This document shows positions 47,682 through 60,689 of a DNA stretch of 64,000 nt, piece after piece (within the stretch, counting starts at the first letter, position 1; each line of letters starts with the position of its first letter). The DNA is from Albugo candida (lineage: Eukaryota). Under the pieces are notes generated by a model. That model searched no databases. It worked only from the letters and a program-made list of their open reading frames with translations, and had not been told where the DNA came from. The translations under genes were made by a program, and so were the position numbers. Location: NCBI GenBank assembly GCA_040437565.1, contig JBDOQK010000029.1, forward strand, positions 186,001 through 250,000, written 5' to 3'.

Positions 47682-49547
47682 TTAATGATGAAATCGAGCT
47701 ACCCAGTGCCTCCATCGATCAATGAGAACTGCATTCGCACCATATCGCTGATGGTCATTTCCATTGCCATCTCCGTAAGCCTTTTGGATTTCAGCAAGAT
47801 ACCGGATGGGGCGTATAGGTCCGATCAACGGCTCCACTTTGTTACCTTGGTCTCGGAGAATCCCAAATTGAATGGCTTCATCCGGATACACAAACCATCT
47901 TGAAATGAAAAACTCCCCACTGATCTTCTCACAATCGCTCGGACCTGCTCCTCGAGCTGCCTCAAGAGACTCGGACGCAAGGTGTTCTGCCAATATAAAA
48001 TTTTTCTCCCGGGATGCAAGCACTGAAGCTAGACTTTGGTTGAGAGCATCTTCCGGTTCAGATCGTTGGACGGGCACAAGCGGGTTGAAGTGTGTCAAGT
48101 GAGTATACCTATCGTTGGCCAGCTTGATCGACTTGTGGCTCCAGTCACCCGTCCTTATACAAAAGTCGTATTGTGGCATAAACTTCCATCCCTGATCAGC
48201 TATGAAATGGATCGCCTTCAATATGTAGTCGATCTCCTCCGGAGTCATGAAATATGGAATGCAAAACCGTGTGAATCCCGGCTTCAAGATGATGCATCCG
48301 TGCTCCAGAGCTACAAGGAACATTTGCAAATCATGCTTATTGACTCCAAGCAACTTGGAAGCATGAGGTCCAGCACAAGCGCATCCGCCCCGTGTTTGTA
48401 TGCCAAATAGATCATTCAATAACGCACAGACAAAGTTGAAATGCAAAAAGAGATTTCCGCAGCGTATCAAAAAGGAGAAAATGGGTAGTTGAGGTGCGAT
48501 TTTGCTTCCCAGTACGACAATTTTCTTATTTTTTGATAGAGAGGAACGGACTTGTTTCACAATGGCTTCCTCCAGCTCCATGATGCGTTCGTGGCCTATT
48601 TTTTGTTTGATCCGAAAAGCAAGGCTCAAACGTATGACACCGATAGCACTGCAAGGACCATCACTGGTCTCATCTTGAGGTATCCAGTGCTGCTGTGACC
48701 GATCTTTGAGCATTTTTGGTCCATTTTTTTCCGTCGAGCGATGGAGTAATTTTTTCTTGACAACGAGAACACCTGGCGATCCAGGTCCACCGACAAATTT
48801 GTGACCCGAAAAGTATATTGCATCTTTCGATACATCTGCGCCACAGGTGGAAACAGGATTCATATCGATAATTGTGTATGGAGCAGCAGTTGCATAATCC
48901 CAGAACGCCAATGCTCCAAACTCGTGCAAAAGTGCTGTGATTGAATCCACATCAGTAAGCACTCCTGTGACATTAGAGGCTACAGAGAACACTCCAATCT
49001 TTAGAGGTTTACTGGCGTGATTCAGCAATTCATGACGGAGTGCGATCGAATCAACGCGGCCTGTTTTATCGTGCGGTATATATACAAGCTCAGCGCTGCT
49101 TTCTCTCCATGGCAAAATGTTAGAATGATGCTCGAATGGCCCGATGAAAACTATAGGCCGAGCGGAGCTCTGTCGCCTGGATTTTTTGGAGGGAACACCC
49201 ATCCGTAGCATCCCTACAAGATGGATTATCGCGGAGGTGGCTCCTGGCCCGGTAAAATGTAACTCGTCCTGCGCATTTTCTGAATATATATCGGCATTTA
49301 CTGCTTCTGCAATCATTTTTCGGGCATCATTTTCGAGTTTCTTTGACTGTCTCGATGGCTGATACGATGATTGTTGCTCTGATAAGACCGGCAATACATT
49401 TTCTCGTATCACATTCTCGACCGAACCTAGACATCTTCCTGAAGCGGTGTAGTCCGCATATAACAAATGCTTAGGACCAAATGGAGTCTCAAACAATAGA
49501 TTTCGACCGACTATCTCGGAGGTGATGTATGCGTGAATCATGTACAA
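47682..49547 (-). CDS. Class V PLP-dependent aminotransferase / cysteine desulfurase (SufS-like); true 5' exon probably upstream
   Basis: TPFG...YADYTASGR, GPFEHHSNILPWRE, ASNVTG, WDYATAAPY, PLP-Lys SGHKFVGGPG, LLNDLFGIQTRGGCACAGP, KPGFTR. Confidence 0.9.
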   Translation of the reverse strand: MYMIHAYITSEIVGRNLLFETPFGPKHLLYADYTASGRCLGSVENVIRENVLPVLSEQQSSYQPSRQSKKLENDARKMIAEAVNADIYSENAQDELHFTGPGATSAIIHLVGMLRMGVPSKKSRRQSSARPIVFIGPFEHHSNILPWRESSAELVYIPHDKTGRVDSIALRHELLNHASKPLKIGVFSVASNVTGVLTDVDSITALLHEFGALAFWDYATAAPYTIIDMNPVSTCGADVSKDAIYFSGHKFVGGPGSPGVLVVKKKLLHRSTEKNGPKMLKDRSQQHWIPQDETSDGPCSAIGVIRLSLAFRIKQKIGHERIMELEEAIVKQVRSSLSKNKKIVVLGSKIAPQLPIFSFLIRCGNLFLHFNFVCALLNDLFGIQTRGGCACAGPHASKLLGVNKHDLQMFLVALEHGCIILKPGFTRFCIPYFMTPEEIDYILKAIHFIADQGWKFMPQYDFCIRTGDWSHKSIKLANDRYTHLTHFNPLVPVQRSEPEDALNQSLASVLASREKNFILAEHLASESLEAARGAGPSDCEKISGEFFISRWFVYPDEAIQFGILRDQGNKVEPLIGPIRPIRYLAEIQKAYGDGNGNDHQRYGANAVLIDRWRHWVARFHH

Positions 49548-49896
49548 ATAGAGGCAACAGTAAGCATGTGATGTATACTATTGATTTGCGTTTGAGACAG
49601 AGACCCGACCAGCTTTTACGCTGCGCATCAAGCTTCTACATGATGTCAGCATTCTGAGTTCTGAATTCTCGGTTCTGAGATCAGCTCACACGAAGAGAAT
49701 CCGCCAGTCACCAGAGCATTGATATAACCATTCCATACAAAGATCAGAAAATTACACATCGAAGTAAAGTAGCGAAAGTTTATTTGCCAGATCACTCGCT
49801 TAAATGCAGAGATCATAGGGTTCTACGTTCTTATTGCCAGGTCCTGAATGCCAGCTGGTCGATAGACTGACACGCAAGTAACACTGGGACGGTATC

Positions 49897-51286
<1,390 letters not shown>

Positions 51287-51434
51287 CAGCCCTACAATTT
51301 AATTCCAACCAATCGTTTCGGTGTGCACAATCACTGGATGACGCACCTTCTACGTCGGATTTTCGGTACGGTGAGGAGCGAGCGGTACAGGAGTTATCTC
51401 GATGACTTCTGATTGCTGAGGCAGCATTCGAATG

Positions 51435-52499
51435 TCACATAACCACACATAAAGACCGCTGACACACGCAAGAATCTGTCCATATCTCAGCAACAAATAT
51501 CTCAAAGATCAGAAAGCTGTTACCTGTGCGCAGCCAAGAATCACAGCTATGAAGCCAATGTAATGATAGTTGGATTTGGCGCCATGTAACACTGTTGTTC
51601 GGCACCAACAACTCTCTTTCTTGGGACATGGAATATCATCAAATGTCACTTTTGGCTCGCAAAACGCTGATTGAGTTGCACAGCCTTTGCCTGTGATGTT
51701 GTTGATGATCATCACAGACTGCAGAAATGGACTTTGATACTCTGAGCCGTTCAAAAAAGCATATCGTGTCAGTGACTCGCTGTCGAATTCAAGCTGAGGA
51801 AGTAATCCCGATTTTATGTATGGATGTAGGCTCGAGTAACCACAACAGTCCATGCTCTCTTGTACATTTTGCCAACAAGATGGGTGTTTGGAAGCGAATA
51901 TGAGGAGCATTCTCACAACAGCCACCTCAAAAGAGCGAACTTTGCGCGTTTCAAACGCGCTGGATGTAGCTTCTCGAGCGATATTGCAAAGTAATATAGC
52001 TATGCATCCGGCTAATGCCACTACAATCGCTCCACCAATGCTCAAAATGACAAACTTGGAAAACATAAATGAGATTCGTTATTTTCATTGTTTTTGTTCA
52101 CTTACGAGAACGTACCGAAGCAAGAGCATAATTTCGCTTTCCCAAAGTCACACACATTCGTTGCTTATGAAGTCCGTAGAGACCGAACACAGACAGCACG
52201 ACAAGTATTGCACCTGCATAGCTTGCTGCTTTATATGTAAATGACGGAAGAATCCGTGAGCTTTCTTGATAGTGCAATAGATACAATCCCGAGGAAAGCA
52301 CTAACAGTCCAAGAATGACGAGAAGTACGATCCAAAAATACAAAAAGTTTTTCATGAATCGAGAAAGCAGTGTTCCACGCACAGTGTCGATATCAATCCG
52401 TAATCGGGTCACTGCTCGTTCATGCAGCAACTCTGTGGACTGTAAATTTGACGGTTGTCCAAGCGCTAACGTCGCACGTTTACGAGCCGAGTCTTTCAT
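51435..52499 (-). CDS. Tetraspanin-like membrane protein (multi-exon; 3' end uncertain)
   Basis: Three N-terminal TM segments, a large extracellular loop with WQNVQESMDCCG and further Cys, then a fourth TM. Confidence 0.75.
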
Positions 52500-52726
52500 A
52501 ATGCTTTCTAATTCGGTATTGACGATTCATCGCGTTCTATCGCAGTTCAATGACAGTATATAGCCAGCATTGCAACGGTCGTGGCTTCTCCGGTTCCGAC
52601 TCTTAAGTTTTGAAAGAACGCGTCGAGTGATTACGGTTGAAACTGCTAAGCAATACAAATCGAGGGCATGCTTTTGTAGCAGGGAGAATTGTTTGATTGA
52701 ATTATCTATAGTGGAGATAGCTATCT

Positions 52727-52910
52727 CTACCGATGATTTCCAGTGGTCCAAGCCGGGCACCGATCCTTTTCACCGACACCTACGTCATGACGATAGCTTA
52801 GCGCGAGAATGAGGATGTCGTTTCCTACCTGCTAGAGCGATTTCAATATGTTTGCCGCATCCTTTCCATGTTGCTTTATGGCACGTGGGACATTCAATCT
52901 TCACACACAT
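52727..52910 (-). CDS. 44-aa spliced Cys/His-rich microprotein MCVKIECPTCHKATWKGCGKHIEIALAGVGEKDRCPAWTTGNHR
   Basis: Exon 52829-52910, a 49-nt GTAGG...TAG intron 52780-52828 and exon 52727-52779 total 135 nt with a stop. The C-x2-C-x-K-x-TW-x-GCG-x-H...RC pattern resembles small conserved eukaryotic proteins. Confidence 0.72.
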
Positions 52911-54336
52911 CTCGAAATATCTTAATAGAAAACCCCGATTTGTGGCGGTTTGTATGTTCAGTTTTTCTCTAATATTATACGAAAACGGTTTTCTATAGCA
53001 AAACAACTCTCACAATGGTATTAAACGATATTGAAAGATTCAATACACTTGCACCACACACGACGTCACCAGTCCAAGAGAGTGGAGGCGTTTGCGGTGC
53101 TTTCTTCATCAAGACCACTTCCATACTTCCTACGGCGTTCAGAAGTGTTCGTTGTCGTGTGTTCCACCAACATTTCATCGCAATCCAGGCGAATGGACGA
53201 AGGATGATGCCGTGAGAAGTGTGTTCGGGCATTCTTGAGGGCGGAAGTTTCACGTGGTGCGAACAAGCTATTATGATGTCATCAATTTGAGGTGTGCTTT
53301 GGTGAAGTCAGCGTGGTCGGTCAATGGCCAGTACTTATCGATGCATTATTAGTTGATGTGGACTAATGCAGAAGCAGCGCGTGAGTGTCATGTTCACTTG
53401 AGCCTTTCATGGACGTGTTAAGCCGCATTGTATGATGCATATCAATGTCCTTCGCAGAGGTTTTGATGTTGATTGTAAGTACAAGTACATCCAAGTCTTA
53501 CTGAATATAACGGGGCAACGCGTTATGATGACGGACATACTCAATCGGTTCATGCAAGTCAATGTCTCATAAATGTACACTGAAGTGCCACTCGAATCGG
53601 ACAATCGGAAAGTGTGTGATCCCGATGCAATATGAGTGATGTAAGGAGCCGAGTGAGTATTGGTTCATCTAGTTCATTGGATTCACCGCAAGCTTCGTCA
53701 ATGTGAGCGTTTGTATATGCGATGTATTCAAATGTGCTTTACAGACTCCACGATTTTCATCAAGTATCGCAGAATCAAAAGGGCGAATGTTGGCGTTGGG
53801 ATGCTGAGTTGATCGCATAGGTTGGACGACAACTCAGTAGCTTTGATTGGCGGTTTAAAGCAATATTGTGGTTTGGCTTTGCGTCGCTCATGTCCGTACG
53901 TTATCCATCCGCCAGTCGTAAGTATGTGTTTGTACTTGTATTTGTTGAATGCAGCGTTTGGCAAATGGGACTGAATCCTACTCGAATGCAATTGCTGCTT
54001 TCCAACGATTGATGCGATTAGCACGCACGCCAGAGCTATTTCGCCCGCTGATTATCAAAGTGATTGGAGTGACTGGATTAAGCCTTCCTGTAATTTCACA
54101 CTGTGAGGAATGCATGGATCTTGGATGCTTTTTATCGCTGGTGGACAACGAATATTAGGTGGCGTCACTGGGACAAATAGCAAGGCACTCTATCGCTTGA
54201 ATACGTGAGATTGATTTTCGTGCACAGAAATTGAGCCCACGTGGATTCATATTGACATTATGTAAATTTGCATTTGACATGCCGTGCCAGATGGAACTTG
54301 TACAGCAAAGAGGCTTGCATCAAGGGTCTCTCATGG

Positions 54337-54670
54337 CGACGACGACAATGAGCTCTCTGGCCTTACACTTTGGGGATCTTTATCCTACCTTGCAACTCAC
54401 CGATCCCATACGAATATTGTGACACCAGAGAAAGGTGAGGCGACTGTATCCGTACAACTAGTAGTGGGCGTTCATATCCGTGATCTAATGTTCTTTGAAC
54501 TCCTATTAAGACATTTACTTCGCTTCTGTTTGAAAGTAACGTGTGAACGAGAGCGCTTTGAGATTTATAGAGCTGTGGTACAGTGGAGCTCCTACGATTG
54601 AGTCGGTAATGGAAGGGTAAGCAGGTGTAGTCAATTCAGGATGTGTATTGAGCATTAATCTTGTCTCGAT
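54337..54670. repeat. ~330-bp block duplicated at 57603-57932 (3' flank of both paralogues)
   Basis: Long identical stretches, e.g. ttgcaactcaccgatcccatacgaatattgtgaca and cgtacaactagtagtgggcgttcatatccgtgatctaatgttctttgaactcctattaagacatttacttcgctt. Not adjacent to a gap and carries substitutions, so this is a real duplication. Confidence 0.9.
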
Positions 54671-54673
54671 GAT

Positions 54674-55200
54674 TTATATACTTGGTTTTGAACTTGAAGC
54701 ACGTATTCGTTTCTCATTTTCGTACTTCGACAGACTTACCGCGAACTGCCCAAAGTAGTTATTGTATTCCGTATCGTCGTCAATGCTATCTGGCTCGACG
54801 CTGTTCTCGTAAAAAGTGATTTGATACATCTTCGTTTTCTTTTCATCCGTTGTATCAATGCTAATTTTGGCCATCCGCAAAATCATACCGCCGAGCACCC
54901 ATTTGTCCGTAGTGCCACAACCAATCCATCCGATTTAAGGTGCACCACATAGACCGGTATCAGAATCGCCAACAGGTAGGTGCATTCTACGTTTTCGCAA
55001 ATATTCATGCTGAAGTTCACCATCACGGTAACATTGCACACCTCGTTGAGTAAACGAACTGGCAAACTTACGAATTATCGAAAACGGACTTTGCAACCAT
55101 GAATGGTACCGGAAGGAATAACCGTTTGTATATGCTCACTGAAAAAACAAATACATTCCATGGAACAAGGTTTCACAATGACGCGTATGATAGCTCCGAT
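54674..55200 (-). pseudogene. Truncated, frameshifted paralogue of the 57963-59827 gene (C-terminal part)
   Basis: KWVLGGMILRMAKISIDTTDEKK..YQI aligns with KWVLGAVILRMFKISIDTTGRKKLYQI. The upstream frame is disrupted. Confidence 0.65.
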
Positions 55201-57602
55201 TAATCTAGTCATTAGTCACGCGATACTTGATTCGATTCTTTTCTTACATGCATCGAGCAGGACCATCGAGAGGCTTATCGTTTCGCTGGATCGTTTAGAT
55301 CTGCATATAAGTCCATCATTCCTTTCCTCTATAAGTGGCAGAATATATCATTGTGTTTGAGTACCTAAATGATCCGTCATGGATGCACCTCCTTCTGCTT
55401 CTTCTTTCTACGAAAGAATCAGTTCTTCATTCACTAGCAATACATGCACGTCACATTTGCTGGGTAATGTTGTGCATTTGATTGGTATGGCAAACGTTGC
55501 TGCTCTTCCTCGTCAAATCCTTCTACTCTACCGCCTTATGCTATGTAATACCTAGACTTCATTCCGCAAAATTCCGACTTGACTGATTTTCCCCACGGTC
55601 AAAATGGCTGTTCGCACGCGTAGTCTAATTGTCAAAACTAATCGCAGCAAATCTGATGCCGGGAAGCTACAATACTGAACAAACATAGTCTTCTCCAGTG
55701 CCGAACAAACAAACTGGCCATTCGACAAGTGTTGATGAGAGCAGGAGTGTCGTATAAGGGTCTCTGCTGAAGCATCGCCACCGCACAGCAGTAATTCGCC
55801 ACACGAGGATATTTGTGGTAGTGAACCCGGACGTACTTCCAATAGAATGGCATCCAAGAACTCGTCTTGTCCCTGACTTTCCAACCATTCCTATACAAAT
55901 CATTTTGTAAGAAATCTTTCTACGCTCCACGTTGATGATTGGTGTCAAGTGAAATCTATGGGGGTTTGCAGCCTTCTCGGGCTCTTTTCTACCTTAAAAA
56001 CGCATGAACCACTACTTTTGCTGATTAGTCCAAACATTCTGACAACGTCTGGCTACGTTTGTGACACTGATTGCGCTTTCTCTTGCGTACACAAAAATGG
56101 TTACATTGAGGCCTGGCTGGAGCGACGTCTGTGCATACATATCCACATGGTTTAATCCAGCTTTTCTAGAACAGTCGAAGTACAAAGTACGTGACGTTAT
56201 TCTCTCTTTTTTGCCACTCAGAGACATGATGTGGGAGTCTAAGAGCAGAAGTCGCAGAGAGGATTTTAAGAGTTGGTGAATTCAAACACGACATCGTTTT
56301 AAGACGCTCTTTCATGGGAGTGCTATGTTGACCAGTTTCTGTGCCCTTTGGTTTACACGTTGACCCGCGCGTGATCGATTGTATGTGGGCTGACGAGTAT
56401 GATTATACTAATATTCCCGCAGTTCCTGCACCGTGACGCTTTTTCTTCGAAAAGAATCCACCGGGTGCTGTTCAAGAAGCTCGCATGGAATAAGATATGA
56501 GAAAGGCTTGGAGCTTGGGTTTGGTCCCATCGACTGTCCATTTCGAAAACAAGCTCTGCGTGAAAAGAAGGAGAGGAGAGACACAGTCTACTCTTTTCTC
56601 ATGGTGAAGAGTTCCAAGGCGTTGACTTCAATCAAGATCCAATAAATCGTGGAGCTTCATTTTATCGTCATACTGAGTCAGAAAGATGGATGGAGATTTT
56701 CGCAACCTATCGTCTAAAACCTGCACAAGACACGTCGAAATGAGGTATTGTCATCTCTACGGCGATGCATCGAATGCAGTGAGATGTGGCAAAACCATGC
56801 AATTTCGACTTTGTGCTGGCTCTTATCGCATTGTCTGCACTCGACATGCAGCAGGAAGTTGATAATGATGATTTGTGTTGCGAAATTACTATGGAAGTCA
56901 AATTTACGACGATTGTATCAAAGCTTATCAATGGGTCGATGATGACAACATCTTCAGTAGAATGATACCCGGATGGGCCTTGTGATAGTATTCTGGGAAG
57001 ATTATGGTACAATCTACATCGATGACAACAAGGGCGGTACTTGTCACTTGTATGACTCTACTTCTGATCATTGTTGCTACATCCCACCAAAGACTTTCAG
57101 GGTAACTGTGGTGTGACAACAAACGATTCAGCTCGTCTCGTGTTAGAGAACTATAGCTGGTTTGGAGCTTCCAAAGAAGGATATGGTCATGAAGCGGTGT
57201 CCTGCCAACGACATATTTGGCGAAATGGGGCTGAAATCTCTCCATTCGGTCTGGGTGTCATAATAATACTTCTTGGGATTAGCGACAATTCAATAACGAT
57301 GTAGGTTTTCACCTTTAATCAACCCAGAAATAGTTGATTCATCGTACTTTCACGAAAAAAAGGGTTGGTGTTACTGAGACTGATAGAAACAACGTCAGCT
57401 GCTTATACACGTGTGAAGCACTCTTGTTGCCCCGTTTTCAGCCCGCGTAGAAATATCGTGAGATCACTCCAAGCAAACCATGATGAATTAACGAGCGGGT
57501 TGAACTGACTGATTTCTAATATGTGAATCTGCATCATAGCATGCCGAGCTAGATGTAACGTGTCTAGCAAAAAGGTTTGCGTCAAGAATCGCTTATGGTG
57601 AA

Positions 57603-57932
57603 GACGACAATAAGCTCTCTGACCTTACGCTTTGGGGATCTTTATCCTATCTTGCAACTCACCGATCCCATACGAATATTGTGACATCAGAGAAAGATGA
57701 GGCGACCGTATTCGTACAACTAGTAGTGGGCGTTCATATCCGTGATCTAATGTTCTTTGAACTCCTATTAAGACATTTACTTCGCTTTTGTTTGAAAGTA
57801 ACGTGTGAACGAGAGCGCATTGAGATTTATATAGCCCTGCTGCAGTGAAGCTTCTCCAATTAGGTCTATAATAGAAGGGTGAGCACGTGTAATCAAATTC
57901 AGGATGTGTATTGAGCATTTATCCTGTCTCGA
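57603..57932. repeat. Second copy of the 54337-54670 block
   Basis: Direct alignment by eye. Confidence 0.9.
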
Positions 57933-57962
57933 AGATCTGTATATTTGCTTATAAACTTGATA

Positions 57963-59827
57963 TCACTTTTTTGCTTGAAACTCGTGCGTTGACGAGCTTT
58001 TCGCGTACGGCCCATCGGTGCTTATGTACAGTATGCCATCTAGATTGTTATCCTCTGCTGCGCTGTTCTCATGAAATACTTTACGCCTCTTATATCTCGT
58101 CTCTGCAGCGCTGTCCTCATGGGTTATTGTACGCAATTTACTACTTGTTTCTGCTGCGCTATTTTCAGATTTTGCTCCGCTCCATTCATTGCTATTCTTG
58201 TAGCGGATTATTTGGTACAATTTCTTTCTACCCGTTGTATCGATGCTGATTTTGAACATCCGCAAAATTACAGCACCTAAAACCCATTTGGTAGTTTTGC
58301 TACAATGATATATTGGCGTTCCCTCACGTACAATGGGAAGACGGAATAGTTGAGAGAAGCCGTTTGTGTCAAAGTTGCCTGGTATTTTGATTTCCATTTC
58401 GACATCCCGACGTTCACGTCCCTGCGAAGCTTGTGCTAATGCCGCACGATAAGCCTCGTTTGATAGTTCGATCATATCGTGACTGAGGCGAATGCGCAAT
58501 CCTTGTTTGTGGATCCTTGTGTCACCAATTGAAACCTCAGGTATGACTAGACTCCTCTCAGGTATGAAACCACTGCGTTCTGTACTGATCTTCGTGGTAT
58601 CTACAGCGTAAGCGATAAGACCCTTTTCTTTATTCCATTTAAATGAATAGATCCCTTTCGGAGCCATATCAACGAACGCGTCAGCAGCAAGAATCGTGAC
58701 GCCAAGCTTGATTTCGAACAGCATCTCTCTTTGTATGTACAACTTATTCAGGTATGATGGAGACAATTTCCAACAACCTGGTATAGCATGCTCATAAATA
58801 ATTTCGCTTTCTGGTTCATAGTGGTAGCCCTTCTTCATCGCGTCATCTATTTGAGACTGAAAGTCATCATTTGAAAAGGATATGTCGTATTTTCTCATAT
58901 ATTTTATTGTGGTCGAGCTGGATAGTGTAATTCTCGAATAAGGCCAGCAGCGTTTGAAGGGAGTCACAGGACTAGAGTCACCATCCTGATAAAACGCCAT
59001 CAAAAATATATCCGATTCCACAGTCGCTACCTCNNNNNNNNNNNNNNNNNNNNNNNNNNNNNNNNNNNNNNNNNNNNNNNNNNNNNNNNNNNNNNNNNNN
59101 NNNNNNNNNNNNNNNNNNNNNNNNNNNNNNNNNGACTGAGGCGAATGCGCAATCCTTGTTTGTGGATCCTTGTGTCACCAATTGAAACCTCAGGTATGAC
59201 TAGACTCCTCTCAGGTATGAAACCACTGCGTTCTGTACTGATCTTCGTGGTATCTACAGCGTAAGCGATAAGACCCTTTTCTTTATTCCATTTAAATGAA
59301 TAGATCCCTTTCGGAGCCATATCAACGAACGCGTCAGCAGCAAGAATCGTGACGCCAAGCTTGATTTCGAACAGCATCTCTCTTTGTATGTACAACTTAT
59401 TCAGGTATGATGGAGACAATTTCCAACAACCTGGTATAGCATGCTCATAAATAATTTCGCTTTCTGGTTCATAGTGGTAGCCCTTCTTCATCGCGTCATC
59501 TATTTGAGACTGAAAGTCATCATTTGAAAAGGATATGTCGTATTTTCTCATATATTTTATTGTGGTCGAGCTGGATAGTGTAATTCTCGAATAAGGCCAG
59601 CAGCGTTTGAAGGGAGTCACAGGACTAGAGTCACCATCCTGATAAAACGCCATCAAAAATATATCCGATTCCACAGTCGCTACCTCAACCTTCAGCCCCC
59701 ATATAGGTTCTTGACCTTCATGCTGTACACTGCGCATTGTCATGTGTGTACTGCTCACAATATAATGATACATTGGTGAGAAACCAAGCACGGCGATACA
59801 ATACGCTTTTATTTTTTTAATCTTCAT
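57963..59827 (-). CDS. ~403-aa hypothetical, possibly secreted protein with degenerate pepsin-like (A1 aspartic protease) fold hallmarks and no DTG/DSG motifs
   Basis: A single ORF after collapsing the 653-bp offset overlap at gap 59034-59133. Basic-then-hydrophobic N-terminus MKIKKIKAYCIAVLGFS..., plus VEVATVESDIFL, IYSF, IRLSHDMIELSNEAY and WVLGAVILRMFKISID. Confidence 0.7.
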
Positions 59828-60102
59828 CGTATTGACTTTCAAACGGAAAGTGGATTATGGTGTACAATTCTTGATGGTGGTTTATAGAACCAGCTTAATG
59901 GGTCAGGTTGTATTCCTAAAAAGTATTCAGAAAAAGGTTGCACGCCACGCTAAGTTAACAGATTGGGAATGTTTCCAACTATCGGTTACGGGTACTTTGC
60001 GATATTGGAAGCGAACCGTGAACATGCTGGTGGGATATACCGATGCGTAGTACCGCGATTTTGTTTTTTGCCTCGTTACATAGACGTGTGTATTATTTAA
60101 AT

Positions 60103-60597
60103 GGGAGCCGCAATGGCCACAGACATTAGTACTACAGCCACAGACTAAACTACTACGGCCACAGACGATTGATCTAATCAATCACAGCTCACAAAATTAT
60201 ATTGTTGCTAAGTACGCCAGAATATGCGAAGCAGCAAGTGAAAATTATACCTATCGCGCAGTGTCTACTATCAACCTACCCTATACAAATACCAGGGAAA
60301 AAACGTACCTACGCTAGAACAATATAGGAAAAAGAACGTAAGAACAGAATGAGCTGGTGTACAAAAGTAGANNNNNNNNNNNNNNNNNNNNNNNNNNNNN
60401 NNNNNNNNNNNNNNNNNNNNNNNNNNNNNNNNNNNNNNNNNNNNNNNNNNNNNNNNNNNNNNNNNNNNNNNGTACAAAAGTAGACAAGTGACCTGATTGA
60501 CTAGCGTACTTAGCAACAATTTTATTTTGTGAGCTGTGATTGGTTAGATCAATCGTCTGTGGCCGTAGTACTTTTGTCTGTGGCTGTAGCGGCTCCC
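60103..60597. mobile_element. MITE-like non-autonomous DNA transposon with ~100-bp imperfect terminal inverted repeats (GGGAGCCGC...GCGGCTCCC)
   Basis: 60103-60220 is the reverse complement of 60501-60597 (tactacggccacagacgattgatctaa.caatcacagctcacaaaat...attgttgctaagtacgc). No ORF. Gap 60372-60471 lies inside. Confidence 0.75.
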
Positions 60598-60689
60598 TAT
60601 CAAATACATATCTTGTCTTTTATGAACAGACAAAGAAACTTACAACATTTTAGAGCTGAGAGGTTACGTGATTAGCTAGTCGATACGTG

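Noticed and set aside
60103-60170. CRISPR-like short repeats
   Set aside because: Only 2-3 adjacent ~20-bp units without unique spacers, inside TIRs, in a eukaryote.
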